From positions 1,740,773 through 1,804,772 of the forward strand of contig OZ252088.1 of NCBI GenBank assembly GCA_965248065.1: 64,000 nt of DNA, given 5' to 3'. This document shows positions 17,415 to 25,727 of this stretch, in pieces; the stretch's first letter is position 1; every line of letters begins with the position of its first letter. Under the pieces are notes generated by a model. The model was not told the origin of the DNA, searched no databases, and was given only the letters and a program-made list of their open reading frames with translations. Origin of the DNA: Dehalococcoidia bacterium (GTDB lineage: Bacteria > Chloroflexota > Dehalococcoidia > Lucifugimonadales > Australimonadaceae). A program made the position numbers and the translations under genes.

Positions 17415-18380
17415 ATGAACACTCCCCTCTTCTCCATCGGCGGAAGCTCAGGACTCGGCTGGCAGGCATTCCTCGACGTCTGCACGGCCTGTGAGGAGAC
17501 GGGCTACTTCGCCTTCTACCCCTCCGACCACCTCATGACCGTTCAAGGAGGGAAGGGGCCCTCGCCCGACCGTCTCGACGCCCTCACGGCGATGGCCGCG
17601 GTCTCCGGCTACACCAAGACCCTCCGCCTCGGCGTCCTCGTCGCCAACAATCTCTTCCGCCATCCGGTGATGACCGCCAAGATATTCAACACCATCGACC
17701 ACGCCTCGAACGGACGCGCCGAGCTCGGCCTGGGCGCCGGCTGGTCGGAGCCTGAGCATCGCGTACACGGCTTCCCGTTCCCGCCGCCCGCCGAGCGTAT
17801 CGCCATGATGGACGAGGCGCTCTCCGTCGTCCGCGCCATCTGGACCGACGAGCCAGCCACTTTCCACGGCGAGCACTACAGCTTGCACGAGGCCCCGCAG
17901 ATGCCGAAGCCCGTCCAGCAGCCGTATCCGCCCATCATCGTGGGGGGCATCAGCGGCCGGACGATGCGGGTCGCCGTCAAGCACGCGGACGATTGGGACC
18001 AGATAGCGCCCGTCCGCCAAGTCGCCCGCAACATCGAGCGATTTCGGGCGGTCGCCGCCGAGATGGGCCGCGACCTCACGAACATGCGCTTCTCCGTCCA
18101 AGTTCCCTTTGCGTTCGTATCGAGCAGGGCGGAGGCCGAAGCCGTCATAGACAACGCCGTGGCCAGCTTCAACTACGGCGCCCACAACGTTGCCCCCGGC
18201 TACGCCGACCTCCGGGAGCACGTCGCCGACTCACGCCTGCTCGGCTCGCCCGACGAAGTCGTCGAACAGGTGGGGCGGTGGGTCGAGGTGGGTGTCAACC
18301 ACTTCATCCTGACCACGCCGCGCCCCTTCAACCGCGAGCCGTTGGAGACGTTCATGTCCGAAGTGGCCCCCGCGTTTTGA
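17415..18380 (+). CDS. LLM-class (luciferase-like) F420/flavin-dependent oxidoreductase
   Basis: FYPSDHLM, RLGVLVANNLFRHPVMTAK and ELGLGAGW motifs are present. The N-terminal 311 aa of the 632-aa ORF are antisense to the Gfo gene. Confidence 0.8.
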   Translation: MNTPLFSIGGSSGLGWQAFLDVCTACEETGYFAFYPSDHLMTVQGGKGPSPDRLDALTAMAAVSGYTKTLRLGVLVANNLFRHPVMTAKIFNTIDHASNGRAELGLGAGWSEPEHRVHGFPFPPPAERIAMMDEALSVVRAIWTDEPATFHGEHYSLHEAPQMPKPVQQPYPPIIVGGISGRTMRVAVKHADDWDQIAPVRQVARNIERFRAVAAEMGRDLTNMRFSVQVPFAFVSSRAEAEAVIDNAVASFNYGAHNVAPGYADLREHVADSRLLGSPDEVVEQVGRWVEVGVNHFILTTPRPFNREPLETFMSEVAPAF

Positions 18381-18462
18381 GTAAAGACGCCTGACCGCTC
18401 GCATGCCGTGGAGGCAGGATGCCGCCACTTGCGCGTCCGCAGCTATAGTGTATGATAGGTGT

Positions 18463-18672
18463 ATGGCGCGCACCAACATCGACATCGACGATCAGGCGTG
18501 CGCAGAGGTCATGCGGCGCTACCAGCTCGCCACCAAGCGCGAGGCGATCAACTTCGCCCTGCGGACGTTGGCGGCCGAACCCGCGTCTCTCGACGAGGCC
18601 CGCGCCCTCCGGGGGATTGGTTGGGAGGGCGACCTCGACGCTCTGCGCTCCGGCCGTTCGTCATGGTCCTGA
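18463..18672 (+). CDS. vapB: Type II antitoxin VapB (MARTNIDIDD type)
   Basis: MARTNIDIDDQACAEVMRRYQLATKREAINFALR is the classic VapB N-terminus. Confidence 0.85.
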   Translation: MARTNIDIDDQACAEVMRRYQLATKREAINFALRTLAAEPASLDEARALRGIGWEGDLDALRSGRSSWS

Positions 18673-19070
18673 TTGACACCTCGGCGTGGATAGAATTCCT
18701 CCGGAACACGGGTTCCATGGTTTGCGAGGCGGTTGACGAGTTGCTGGCGCACGAGGTCGCCACCTGCGATGCAGTGAGGATGGAAGTGCTCGCCGGGGCG
18801 CGGGACGAGTCGCACTTGCTGGGCCTTCGGCGACTTCTTGCGCGGGCTGCGGTGATCCCGACGCGGGCGACGGACTATGACGATGCCGCCGCACTCTATC
18901 GCCGTTGCCGGCGGCAGGGGGAGACAGTCCGAAAGCTGATTGACTGTCTCATCGCCTCCATAGCCGTACGCGCCGGCATCCCGGTCTTGCATAGCGACGC
19001 CGACTTCGAAGTGCTCGCTCGCCACACGGAGCTTGAGGTCTATACGCCCGAACGCGCACGAGGAAGCTGA
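18663..19070 (+). CDS. vapC: Type II toxin VapC (PIN domain)
   Basis: MVLIDTSAWIEFLR..C..E..D acidic pattern of a PIN domain. It overlaps the vapB 3' end by 10 nt. Confidence 0.85.
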   Translation: MVLIDTSAWIEFLRNTGSMVCEAVDELLAHEVATCDAVRMEVLAGARDESHLLGLRRLLARAAVIPTRATDYDDAAALYRRCRRQGETVRKLIDCLIASIAVRAGIPVLHSDADFEVLARHTELEVYTPERARGS

Positions 19071-19107
19071 GGCGGCTGTCTGCTTCAGAAATAAGAAAGC
19101 CTCCTAT

Positions 19108-19146
19108 CCGTCATCCCGCGCAGGCGGAACCTCGTAGCGGCGCGAC
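19108..19146 (-). repeat. M1-variant hairpin repeat (GTCATCCCGCGCAGGCGGAACCTCGYAGCGGCGCG)
   Basis: Near-identical to 21246-21284. It is inverted relative to the M1 copies at 1696 and 52870. Confidence 0.8.
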
Positions 19147-19211
19147 AGCTGCGAAGCGCGGGGGAGGAGAGCGGCGGCGCGCAGGCTTCCCCCTCCATCA
19201 AAGGGGGCGCT

Positions 19212-19261
19212 GCGACATTTGCCCCTTCCGCCAACGCTATCTCTCCTCCTACACTGACTCC
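19212..19261 (+). repeat. C-rich box M3 (GCGACAYYTGCCCCTTCCCCCA..CTACCATG), degenerate copy
   Basis: The sequence is GCGACATTTGCCCCTTCCGCCAACGC... The family has five copies: 19212, 21308, 32975, 51271 (inverted) and 60434. Confidence 0.7.
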
Positions 19262-19303
19262 CGATATCTACACCCCCGAGACCGGAAGCTCCTCTCCCCC
19301 CTC

Positions 19304-19449
19304 CTACGAGTGAAATGAGACTAAATGAGACCAAATGAGACCTTTTTTCAGCAGCCGCTTTCCCCTCACTCGTAAACCTCCCCCATTTGCGAGTGACGCC
19401 AACGCGCCATTTCACCCTCGAAGCGGAAGCGCCGGCGCCTCATTTGCGT
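19304..19449 (+). repeat. Structured element M4, copy A (word AAATGAGAC x3); candidate ncRNA
   Basis: CTACGAGTGAAA, then three AAATGAGAC words at 10-nt spacing, then CTTTTTTCA. Hairpin 19367-19376/19386-19395 contains one T-G pair. Complements to the word region lie at 19408-19415 and 19439-19445. Confidence 0.6.
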
Positions 19450-19664
19450 CCAGCTGCGCCGTCGACGCGTCGCGTCTATCCCCGACGCGTCTCCAGACCT
19501 CTCCGCAATGCTCCCGGATGGCAGTGCAGTGCGGCGTAGCGGTGGCGAGTCCATTGAGGGGCCTACCGCGCCCTCGCAATCGCCCTAGGGACGGGCGACG
19601 CGCTATCATCCTCTGCGGCGCCACATACTCAGGAAGGCGCTCCATAGACATCAGGAGGCTACCC

Positions 19665-20624
19665 GTGGGCAAGGTGCTATTCAGCGTTGGCGGGAGTTCA
19701 GGGCTCGGCTGGGATGACTTTCTGGAGATATGCCAGACCTGCGATGAGCTCGGCTTCCACGGCTTCTACCCGTCGGACCATCTCATGCAGATCAATCCGG
19801 GCCGGGGCGCGACGCCCACGCGGCTCGAAGGGCTCACGGTCATGGCGGCGATGGCCGGCCACACCAAGCGCCTCCGTCTCGGGATGCTCGTCATCAACAA
19901 CAACCTCCGCCACCCCGTTATGACCGCCAAGATCGTCAACACGATCGACCACGCCTCGGGCGGCCGCGCCGAGATGGGCATCGGCTCGGGCAACGTCAAG
20001 CACGAGTTCGACGTCCACGGGATGCCGTTCCCGCCCTTCGCTGAGCGCGCCGAGCGGCTGGACGAGGCGCTCTCCGTCATCAAGGCCATCTGGCAGGACG
20101 AGCCCGCCAGCTTCCAGGGCAAGTACTACAGCCTGGACGAGGCCCCCCAGATGCCCAAGCCCGTCCAGCAGCCGCACCCGCCCATCATCGTCGGCGGACG
20201 CGGCGATAGGACCCTCCGAATCGCCGCCAAGCACGCCGACGACTACAACCAGATCGCGCCGCTGGAGGAGGCGAAGGTCAACCTCGCCCGTATGCAGGCC
20301 GTGTGCGATGAGACCGAACGCGACTTCTCAGCCATGCGCCACTCGGTCCAGATTCAGATCAAGCTGACCGACGATAAGTCGGCGATAGAGGCAACCGTCG
20401 CGCGGGGCGCGAGCCTGGCCACCCAGCGCACCGACTACTACGCGAGCCCCGAGGACCAAGTGCGCGACAGCATGTTCCTGGGGTCGTCATCGGAGGTCGC
20501 CGAGCAGGTCGGCCGGTGGATCGAGGCCGGGGTGGACCACTTCATCCTGATGACGCCGCGCCCGTTCGACCGGGGGATGATGGAGCGCTTCGCCCAAGAG
20601 GTGGCGCCTCAGTTCGCAGGGTAG
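19665..20624 (+). CDS. LLM-class F420/flavin-dependent oxidoreductase (paralogue of 17415-18380)
   Basis: Collinear motifs FYPSDHLM, RLGMLVINNNLRHPVMTAK and EMGIGSG. GTG start at 19665 follows an AGGAGG. Confidence 0.8.
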   Translation: MGKVLFSVGGSSGLGWDDFLEICQTCDELGFHGFYPSDHLMQINPGRGATPTRLEGLTVMAAMAGHTKRLRLGMLVINNNLRHPVMTAKIVNTIDHASGGRAEMGIGSGNVKHEFDVHGMPFPPFAERAERLDEALSVIKAIWQDEPASFQGKYYSLDEAPQMPKPVQQPHPPIIVGGRGDRTLRIAAKHADDYNQIAPLEEAKVNLARMQAVCDETERDFSAMRHSVQIQIKLTDDKSAIEATVARGASLATQRTDYYASPEDQVRDSMFLGSSSEVAEQVGRWIEAGVDHFILMTPRPFDRGMMERFAQEVAPQFAG

Positions 20625-20633
20625 GGGCGGCGA

Positions 20634-21098
20634 CTACTTGCTCTGCCCGATGCGCGCCACAACCGCGAACTCCGCCTCCGTCACCGGCGTGATGGAGAGC
20701 CGGTTGCCGCGCTTGAGCACGACCATGTCGGCCAAGGCCGGTTCTTCCCTGAGCTCGTCGGCGGTGACGATGTCGTTGAACTTGTGGTCGGCTTGGATGT
20801 CGACCATCCACCAGATGGGGTTGTCCGGCGTGCTCTTGGGGTCGGGGTGGTCCGAGTCCGGGTCCCAGGCCGTGTGGTCGGGGTACCCCTCGCGAACCAC
20901 GGTTGCCGTCCCGACTACGCCGATAGGGTTCGCGCTCGAATGCCAGAATAGGATGCGGTCGCCCGGCTTGATTGCGTCCCGCAGCCAGTTGCGGACTTGG
21001 AAGTTGCGCACGCCGTCCCACTCGGAGACGCCGTCGGCAACCAGATCGTCGAAGGAGTAGGTGGTGGGCTCGGACTTGAACAGCCAATAGCTCGTCAT
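20634..21098 (-). CDS. EVE (PUA-like, DUF55) domain protein
   Basis: YWLFKSEP..YSFDDL..W.GVRN.Q.RN.L..I..GD...FWHS is the canonical EVE N-terminus. Confidence 0.85.
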   Translation of the reverse strand: MTSYWLFKSEPTTYSFDDLVADGVSEWDGVRNFQVRNWLRDAIKPGDRILFWHSSANPIGVVGTATVVREGYPDHTAWDPDSDHPDPKSTPDNPIWWMVDIQADHKFNDIVTADELREEPALADMVVLKRGNRLSITPVTEAEFAVVARIGQSK

Positions 21099-21245
21099 CG
21101 CAGACCTCTTGGGTGGTCCGGCAGGCTGACCACGAGCCTATCTGATGGGCTCGTTCGATGAGCTCGCCGCGAACCGATTTGCAGAATCAGCCCCGAGTCG
21201 TGGGGGTTCCCCGAGTATAAACGACGCGCCCGGACTAGGAGGGGG

Positions 21246-21284
21246 CCGTCATTTCCGCGAAGGCGGAACCTCGCAGCGGCGCGG
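21246..21284 (-). repeat. M1-variant hairpin repeat
   Basis: The sequence is CCGTCATTTCCGCGAAGGCGGAACCTCGCAGCGGCGCGG. Confidence 0.8.
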
Positions 21285-21307
21285 TCCTTCCCCTCCCCAC
21301 CCAATCA

Positions 21308-21353
21308 CGACACTTGCCCCTTCCCCCAACGCCCCTATCCCTCTACCATGACC
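21308..21353 (+). repeat. C-rich box M3
   Basis: The sequence is CGACACTTGCCCCTTCCCCCAACGCCCCTATCCCTCTACCATGACC. The complement carries four G-runs. Confidence 0.8.
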
Positions 21354-21420
21354 GCCCCCGACCCTGTACGAGGACACCCCGGCTCCGCTGCGCAACCGCG
21401 CCCCGCGCCGCCGCTCCGGC

Positions 21421-21521
21421 CTCACGAGTAAAATTGCGCACTTTTGCGCGCCTTTGCGCACTTTTCACCCCTCCCACTCGTAAACCTGCGCATTTTACGA
21501 GTGAGGAGCAGCGCAAAAGGC
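21421..21521 (+). repeat. Structured element M4, copy B (word TTGCGCRC x3); candidate ncRNA
   Basis: CTCACGAGTAAAA, then three TTGCGCRC-type words, then CTTTTCA. A perfect 10-bp hairpin lies at 21475-21484/21494-21503. GCGCAAAAG (21511-21519) is complementary to CTTTTGCGC (21441-21449). Confidence 0.6.
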
Positions 21522-21673
21522 AGGCGTTTTCGGCCCCGTTGTGAGTAATGACGGAGGGGGCGCGGAACGACGGAGGGCACGGCTCACTACCTCTGCGAGG
21601 GGCCTATTTTCGAAGCAATCTCTCATGTGGGCCTGTCGGCCCACGTCACAACCGACGAAAATGGGGGTGGAGC

Positions 21674-21710
21674 GGCCCCCTCTCTAACTCCCCTCCGTCT
21701 GCGGGGGAGA
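21674..21710 (+). repeat. M2 repeat
   Basis: The sequence is GGCCCCCTCTCTAACTCCCCTCCGTCTGCGGGGGAGA. Confidence 0.8.
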
Positions 21711-21751
21711 AGATTATTGGGGGAATGACGGAAGGAGTCCGAGGTGACGGT

Positions 21752-22309
21752 GTGAAGAAGAGCGGGTCGCAAGGCCGGCGGTCGACCCTGGTTCGAGCCG
21801 CGTTGCTGGCGGCGCTCGCGCTCGTAGCGGGCGCCGCTCCGGCGTACGCCCACGGACAGCACGAGCTCGAGGTCGAGCTGTTCAGGGGCGCGAAGGGGCC
21901 CTATGAGCTCTGGGTCACCGCCGTGCCCCTGGTCGGCTTCCTGGAAGTCGCGGTGACGTTCGAGCCGGATGCTCCGGACGCTGAGCTCGGCTACAGCCCG
22001 CGCGTCGTGGTGTCGGCGACGAGGGACGGCGTGCGGCTCGGCCCTAAGACCGCAACCCGCGCCTTTCTCGTCACGGCCAATGACTACTCGGCCACCTTCG
22101 ACCCCGGCGGCGAGGGACAATGGGAGATCGTGATCAACATCGATTCCGAGCGCGGCCCCGAGACGCTCACGCTGCCGGTGACCGTAACCCAGGGGAGGGG
22201 CTTCCCCTGGACGGCGCTGATCGCCGGGCTGGGACTGGTCCTGCCTATCGTCTGGCTGGCGTGGGGGGCCGTCCGGCGCAAGGGCCGCGCCAAGCGGCGG
22301 AGAACATGA
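21752..22309 (+). CDS. Secreted protein with C-terminal membrane anchor (predicted mature N-terminal His)
   Basis: Signal peptide ..LVAGAAPAYA followed by HGQHE, plus a C-terminal TM and basic tail. GTG at 21752 was chosen because the upstream ATG lies inside repeat DNA. Confidence 0.55.
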   Translation: MKKSGSQGRRSTLVRAALLAALALVAGAAPAYAHGQHELEVELFRGAKGPYELWVTAVPLVGFLEVAVTFEPDAPDAELGYSPRVVVSATRDGVRLGPKTATRAFLVTANDYSATFDPGGEGQWEIVINIDSERGPETLTLPVTVTQGRGFPWTALIAGLGLVLPIVWLAWGAVRRKGRAKRRRT

Positions 22310-22725
22310 AACCGGAGCATACGATGAACAGACAACTAACAGCCCTCTGCGCGGTCCTCGTGGTCGCGCTGGGGCTCGCGGCATGCGGCGGCGGGAGCAA
22401 GGAGTCATTGACCTTCGACTTGTCGGTCGAGGGCGGAGCGTTGAGCGGCGAGAGCGACACGTTCGTCGTGAAGCAGGGCGACGACGTGACGCTCAACCTG
22501 TTCGCCGACGTGGACGGGGTGTTCCATGTCCACGGGTATGACTTCAGGGCCAGGATTTATGCGAACAGCCGCTCGACGCTCAGCTTTGTTGCCGACGCCA
22601 CCGGCAGCTTCGTGATCGCTCTGCATCCGTCGGAAGTGGGCGAAGGCAGCGGGCATCAGGCAAGCGACGGAGACCACTCGGGCGGCGACATCGCCATCGC
22701 AACGCTGGAGGTCCGCCCCCGGTAG
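22306..22725 (+). CDS. Lipoprotein, cupredoxin-like fold candidate
   Basis: Lipobox LGLAAC and VVKQGDDVTLNLFADVDGVFHVHGYDF. The ATG overlaps the upstream TGA (ATGA); an alternative ATG is at 22324. Confidence 0.6.
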   Translation: MKPEHTMNRQLTALCAVLVVALGLAACGGGSKESLTFDLSVEGGALSGESDTFVVKQGDDVTLNLFADVDGVFHVHGYDFRARIYANSRSTLSFVADATGSFVIALHPSEVGEGSGHQASDGDHSGGDIAIATLEVRPR

Positions 22726-22734
22726 GGGGGGACT

Positions 22735-24234
22735 ATGAGCCGGGGGAGGGCAATCGCGGCTATCGGGCCGCCGCTGCTGCTGGCGGCCGTGCCGAGCACT
22801 GCGTACGCCCACGGTTTCGGCGAACGCTATGACCTCCCCGTCCCGCTGTCGCTATACGTCATCGGGGCGGGGATGGCGGTCGCCCTGTCGTTCGTGGTGA
22901 TCGTTCTGTTCGCGCGCGGCAGGGCAGGTGGGGACTATCCAAGGGCTAACCTATTGCGCCGATGGGCGGGCCGCTTGCTCGCGGATAGCCGCTTTCTCTT
23001 CGCCGTCAAGCTGGCGTCCGCCGCGGTATTCGTTACGTACCTGGTTGCCGGATTCGTAGGGAACCCGGACCCGAACCGCAACCTCGTGCCAACCATGACC
23101 TGGGTCGTCTTTTGGGTGGGACTGGCTTACGTCAGCGGACTCGTTGGGAACCTGTGGGCGCTGATCAACCCTTGGAAGATACTCTTCGGATGGGCGGAGG
23201 CCCTTTGGCGGCGGTCCATCGGCGGACGCCTGAGCCGGGGCGCGGAGTATCCGGCGGAGCTGGGCGCCTGGCCTGCAGTCGCATTGTTCCTCGTGTTCGC
23301 GTGGGCCGAGGTCGCGTGGCCCGACTCCGGCAGACCGTCGCGGGTCGCGACACTCGCGCTGGCCTACACGGGCGTCACCTTCGCCGGGATGTACGTCTAC
23401 GGCAGGGACACGTGGCTGAAGCGCGGAGAGGCGTTCTCCATCGCGATGGCCTTCTTCGCGCGGCTCGCTCCCACGGAGGTCCGCGCGCCGGGCGGGCAGG
23501 GGCAGGTCGTGGACGACTACGAGGCTTACTCCAAGGCGTCGCCCGCGCAGCGGGAGTGGAACCTGCGCCCGTGGGGGAGCGGCTTGCTTACGGGCGAGAG
23601 GCTGACGTTCTCGGGCGCGGTGTTCCTGGCGCTGATGTTGTCGACGGTCTCGTTCGACGGCTTTTCCGAGACGCCGCTGTGGGCGTCGTTCCTCGCGGAC
23701 TCGTTCGGGGCCTTCTCGTGGCTGGGGGTACACGCGTTCACCGGCATCAAGACCTTCGGCCTGCTGCTGGCGCCGGCGCTGCTGTTCGGAGCGTTTGCTC
23801 TGACGGCGCTGCTGGTGCGGCGCCTTGGCCGGTCCGAGGAGCCCGTCGGCGACCTCATAGGCCGGTTCGCCGTCTCGCTTGCGCCCATCGCCTTGGCGTA
23901 TCACGTGGCCCACTTCCTGAGCTTCCTGCTCATCCAGGGCCAGCGCATCGTTCCCCTCGCGTCGGACCCGCTGGGCAAGGGGTGGGACCTATTCGGCACG
24001 GCCGGCTACGCCATCGACATCGGAATCGTGAACGCGCGCTTTGCGTGGATCGTGGGCGTGGCGGCCATCGTCATTGGACACATTGCCGCCGTGTACGCGG
24101 CGCACGTCATTGCCGGACGGACGTTTGCAAGCCACGCGCTCGCGCTGCGGTCGCAGCTTCCGATGATGGCGTTGATGACGGGCTACACGATGCTGAGCCT
24201 GTGGATCATCGCTCAGCCCATCGTAGCGGACTGA
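22735..24234 (+). CDS. Large polytopic membrane protein (predicted mature N-terminal His)
   Basis: Signal peptide ..AAVPSTAYA followed by HGFGERYDLPVP, then about 12 hydrophobic spans. Family not recognised. Confidence 0.6.
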   Translation: MSRGRAIAAIGPPLLLAAVPSTAYAHGFGERYDLPVPLSLYVIGAGMAVALSFVVIVLFARGRAGGDYPRANLLRRWAGRLLADSRFLFAVKLASAAVFVTYLVAGFVGNPDPNRNLVPTMTWVVFWVGLAYVSGLVGNLWALINPWKILFGWAEALWRRSIGGRLSRGAEYPAELGAWPAVALFLVFAWAEVAWPDSGRPSRVATLALAYTGVTFAGMYVYGRDTWLKRGEAFSIAMAFFARLAPTEVRAPGGQGQVVDDYEAYSKASPAQREWNLRPWGSGLLTGERLTFSGAVFLALMLSTVSFDGFSETPLWASFLADSFGAFSWLGVHAFTGIKTFGLLLAPALLFGAFALTALLVRRLGRSEEPVGDLIGRFAVSLAPIALAYHVAHFLSFLLIQGQRIVPLASDPLGKGWDLFGTAGYAIDIGIVNARFAWIVGVAAIVIGHIAAVYAAHVIAGRTFASHALALRSQLPMMALMTGYTMLSLWIIAQPIVAD

Positions 24235-24240
24235 CCCAGC

Positions 24241-24921
24241 CTAGTACTTCGAGGTCAGGCTCGGGACCATCTTCCCGGTAACCAGGTAGATAACCTGCTC
24301 GGCGATGTTCGTCGCCCGGTCGGCGATGCGCTCCAGGTCGTGGGCCGCCCACAGGAGGTATGTCGCCCGCTCGATCACCTTGGGGTCCCTGAGCATGAGC
24401 AACAGCAGCTCGTGATAGACCTGGTCATAGAGCGCGTCGACCTCGTCGTCGTCGGAGAGGACTCGATAGGCCATCTCGGTGTCGCGTTTCACCAGCGCGT
24501 CGAGGGAGGCGCGGAGCATTGCCGAGGACTTCTCCGCCATGCGGGGGATGTCCACGAGGGGTTTGACGGGGGGCTGATCGCCCATCATAAGGCTGATCTT
24601 GCCGATGCCCTCGGCATAGTCGCCGATGCGCTCCAGCTCCATCGAAATGTGAAGCGTGGTGATGAGCGTGCGCAGGTCGAAGGCGACGGGCTGCTGGCTG
24701 GCGATCAAGTCGACGACTCGCTCTTCCAGCTCGGTCCGCTTGCTGTCGATGGCGTCGTCCTCGCGGATGACCTGCCGCGACATGTCCAAGTCGCGGTCCT
24801 TGAGCGCCTCGACTGCCTTGGCAATCGCCTTCTCAACCATGCTTCCAAGACCGAGGAGGCTGTCTTGGAGCTGACGGAGTGACTGGTCGAACTCGGCACG
24901 GGGTGATCGCGCTTGATACAT
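24241..24921 (-). CDS. phoU: Phosphate signalling complex protein PhoU
   Basis: Two PhoU repeats (E..RIGD..) are present, and the gene sits directly downstream of pstB. Confidence 0.9.
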   Translation of the reverse strand: MYQARSPRAEFDQSLRQLQDSLLGLGSMVEKAIAKAVEALKDRDLDMSRQVIREDDAIDSKRTELEERVVDLIASQQPVAFDLRTLITTLHISMELERIGDYAEGIGKISLMMGDQPPVKPLVDIPRMAEKSSAMLRASLDALVKRDTEMAYRVLSDDDEVDALYDQVYHELLLLMLRDPKVIERATYLLWAAHDLERIADRATNIAEQVIYLVTGKMVPSLTSKY

Positions 24922-24935
24922 GATTGGGTCTCCCT

Positions 24936-25727
24936 CTAGCCAAATCTGCCGGTGATGTAGCCCTCAGTCCGCTCGTCCTTGGGGTTAGTGAAGATGTCGT
25001 GGGTGGAGCCGACTTCTACGAGATATCCCGCCCTGTCCTCGCCCATCGTCATGAACGCGGTCCAGTCGGACGCGCGCGCCGCCTGCTGCATATTGTGCGT
25101 TACGACGATGATTGTATAGTCGCGCTTCAATTCGCGCATGAGGTTCTCGATCGCGAGGGTTGAAATGGGATCGAGGGCCGAGGCGGGCTCGTCCATGAGA
25201 ATGACGTCGGGCTGGACGGCGACGGCGCGAGCGATGCACAGGCGCTGCTGCTGCCCGCCGGAGAGAGTCAGGCCGCTGGCTTTGAGGCGGCCCTTCACCT
25301 CGTCCCAGAGGGAGGCTTTGCGGAGGGACATCTCCACGGCCTCATCCATGTTGCCCTTGAAGCCGTTGATGCGGAGTCCAAAGGCGACGTTGTCGTAGAT
25401 GGACTTGGGGAAGGGGTTGGGCTTCTGGAACACCATGCCGACGCGGAGCCGAATCTCCGTGGGGTCGACGCTGGGGTGATAGATGTCCTCGCCGTTGAAG
25501 AGCACCTGGCCTTCTACGCGAGTGCCGGGCACGAGGTCGTTCATGCGGTTGAAGCAGCGCAACAAGGTGCTCTTGCCGGACCCCGATGGGCCGATGAGGG
25601 CGGTCACCGTGTTCCGCTGGACTTCCAGGTTGATGTCTCGCAGCGCCCGGAACGAGCCATAGTACATATCGAGGTTCGTGACGCTCAGCGTGGTGTCCGC
25701 GGCGGTGGCTGCCGTTGTGGTTGTCAT
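24936..25727 (-). CDS. pstB: Phosphate ABC transporter ATP-binding protein PstB
   Basis: [23 protein letters not shown] and [12 protein letters not shown] motifs with the PstB-type C-terminus. Confidence 0.95.
   Translation of the reverse strand: MTTTTAATAADTTLSVTNLDMYYGSFRALRDINLEVQRNTVTALIGPSGSGKSTLLRCFNRMNDLVPGTRVEGQVLFNGEDIYHPSVDPTEIRLRVGMVFQKPNPFPKSIYDNVAFGLRINGFKGNMDEAVEMSLRKASLWDEVKGRLKASGLTLSGGQQQRLCIARAVAVQPDVILMDEPASALDPISTLAIENLMRELKRDYTIIVVTHNMQQAARASDWTAFMTMGEDRAGYLVEVGSTHDIFTNPKDERTEGYITGRFG

Noticed and set aside
21314-21544. Small ORFs inside repeat blocks (21095-21304, 21145-21351, 21314-21544, 50685-51143, 33525-34001 and others), and the ATG inside the CTACCATG part of M3 as a conserved micro-ORF.
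   Set aside because: The reading frames and lengths differ between repeat copies, and the 19212 copy lacks the ATG. The peptides (SLSNHE.., IPAKAGI..-type) are translations of repeats.
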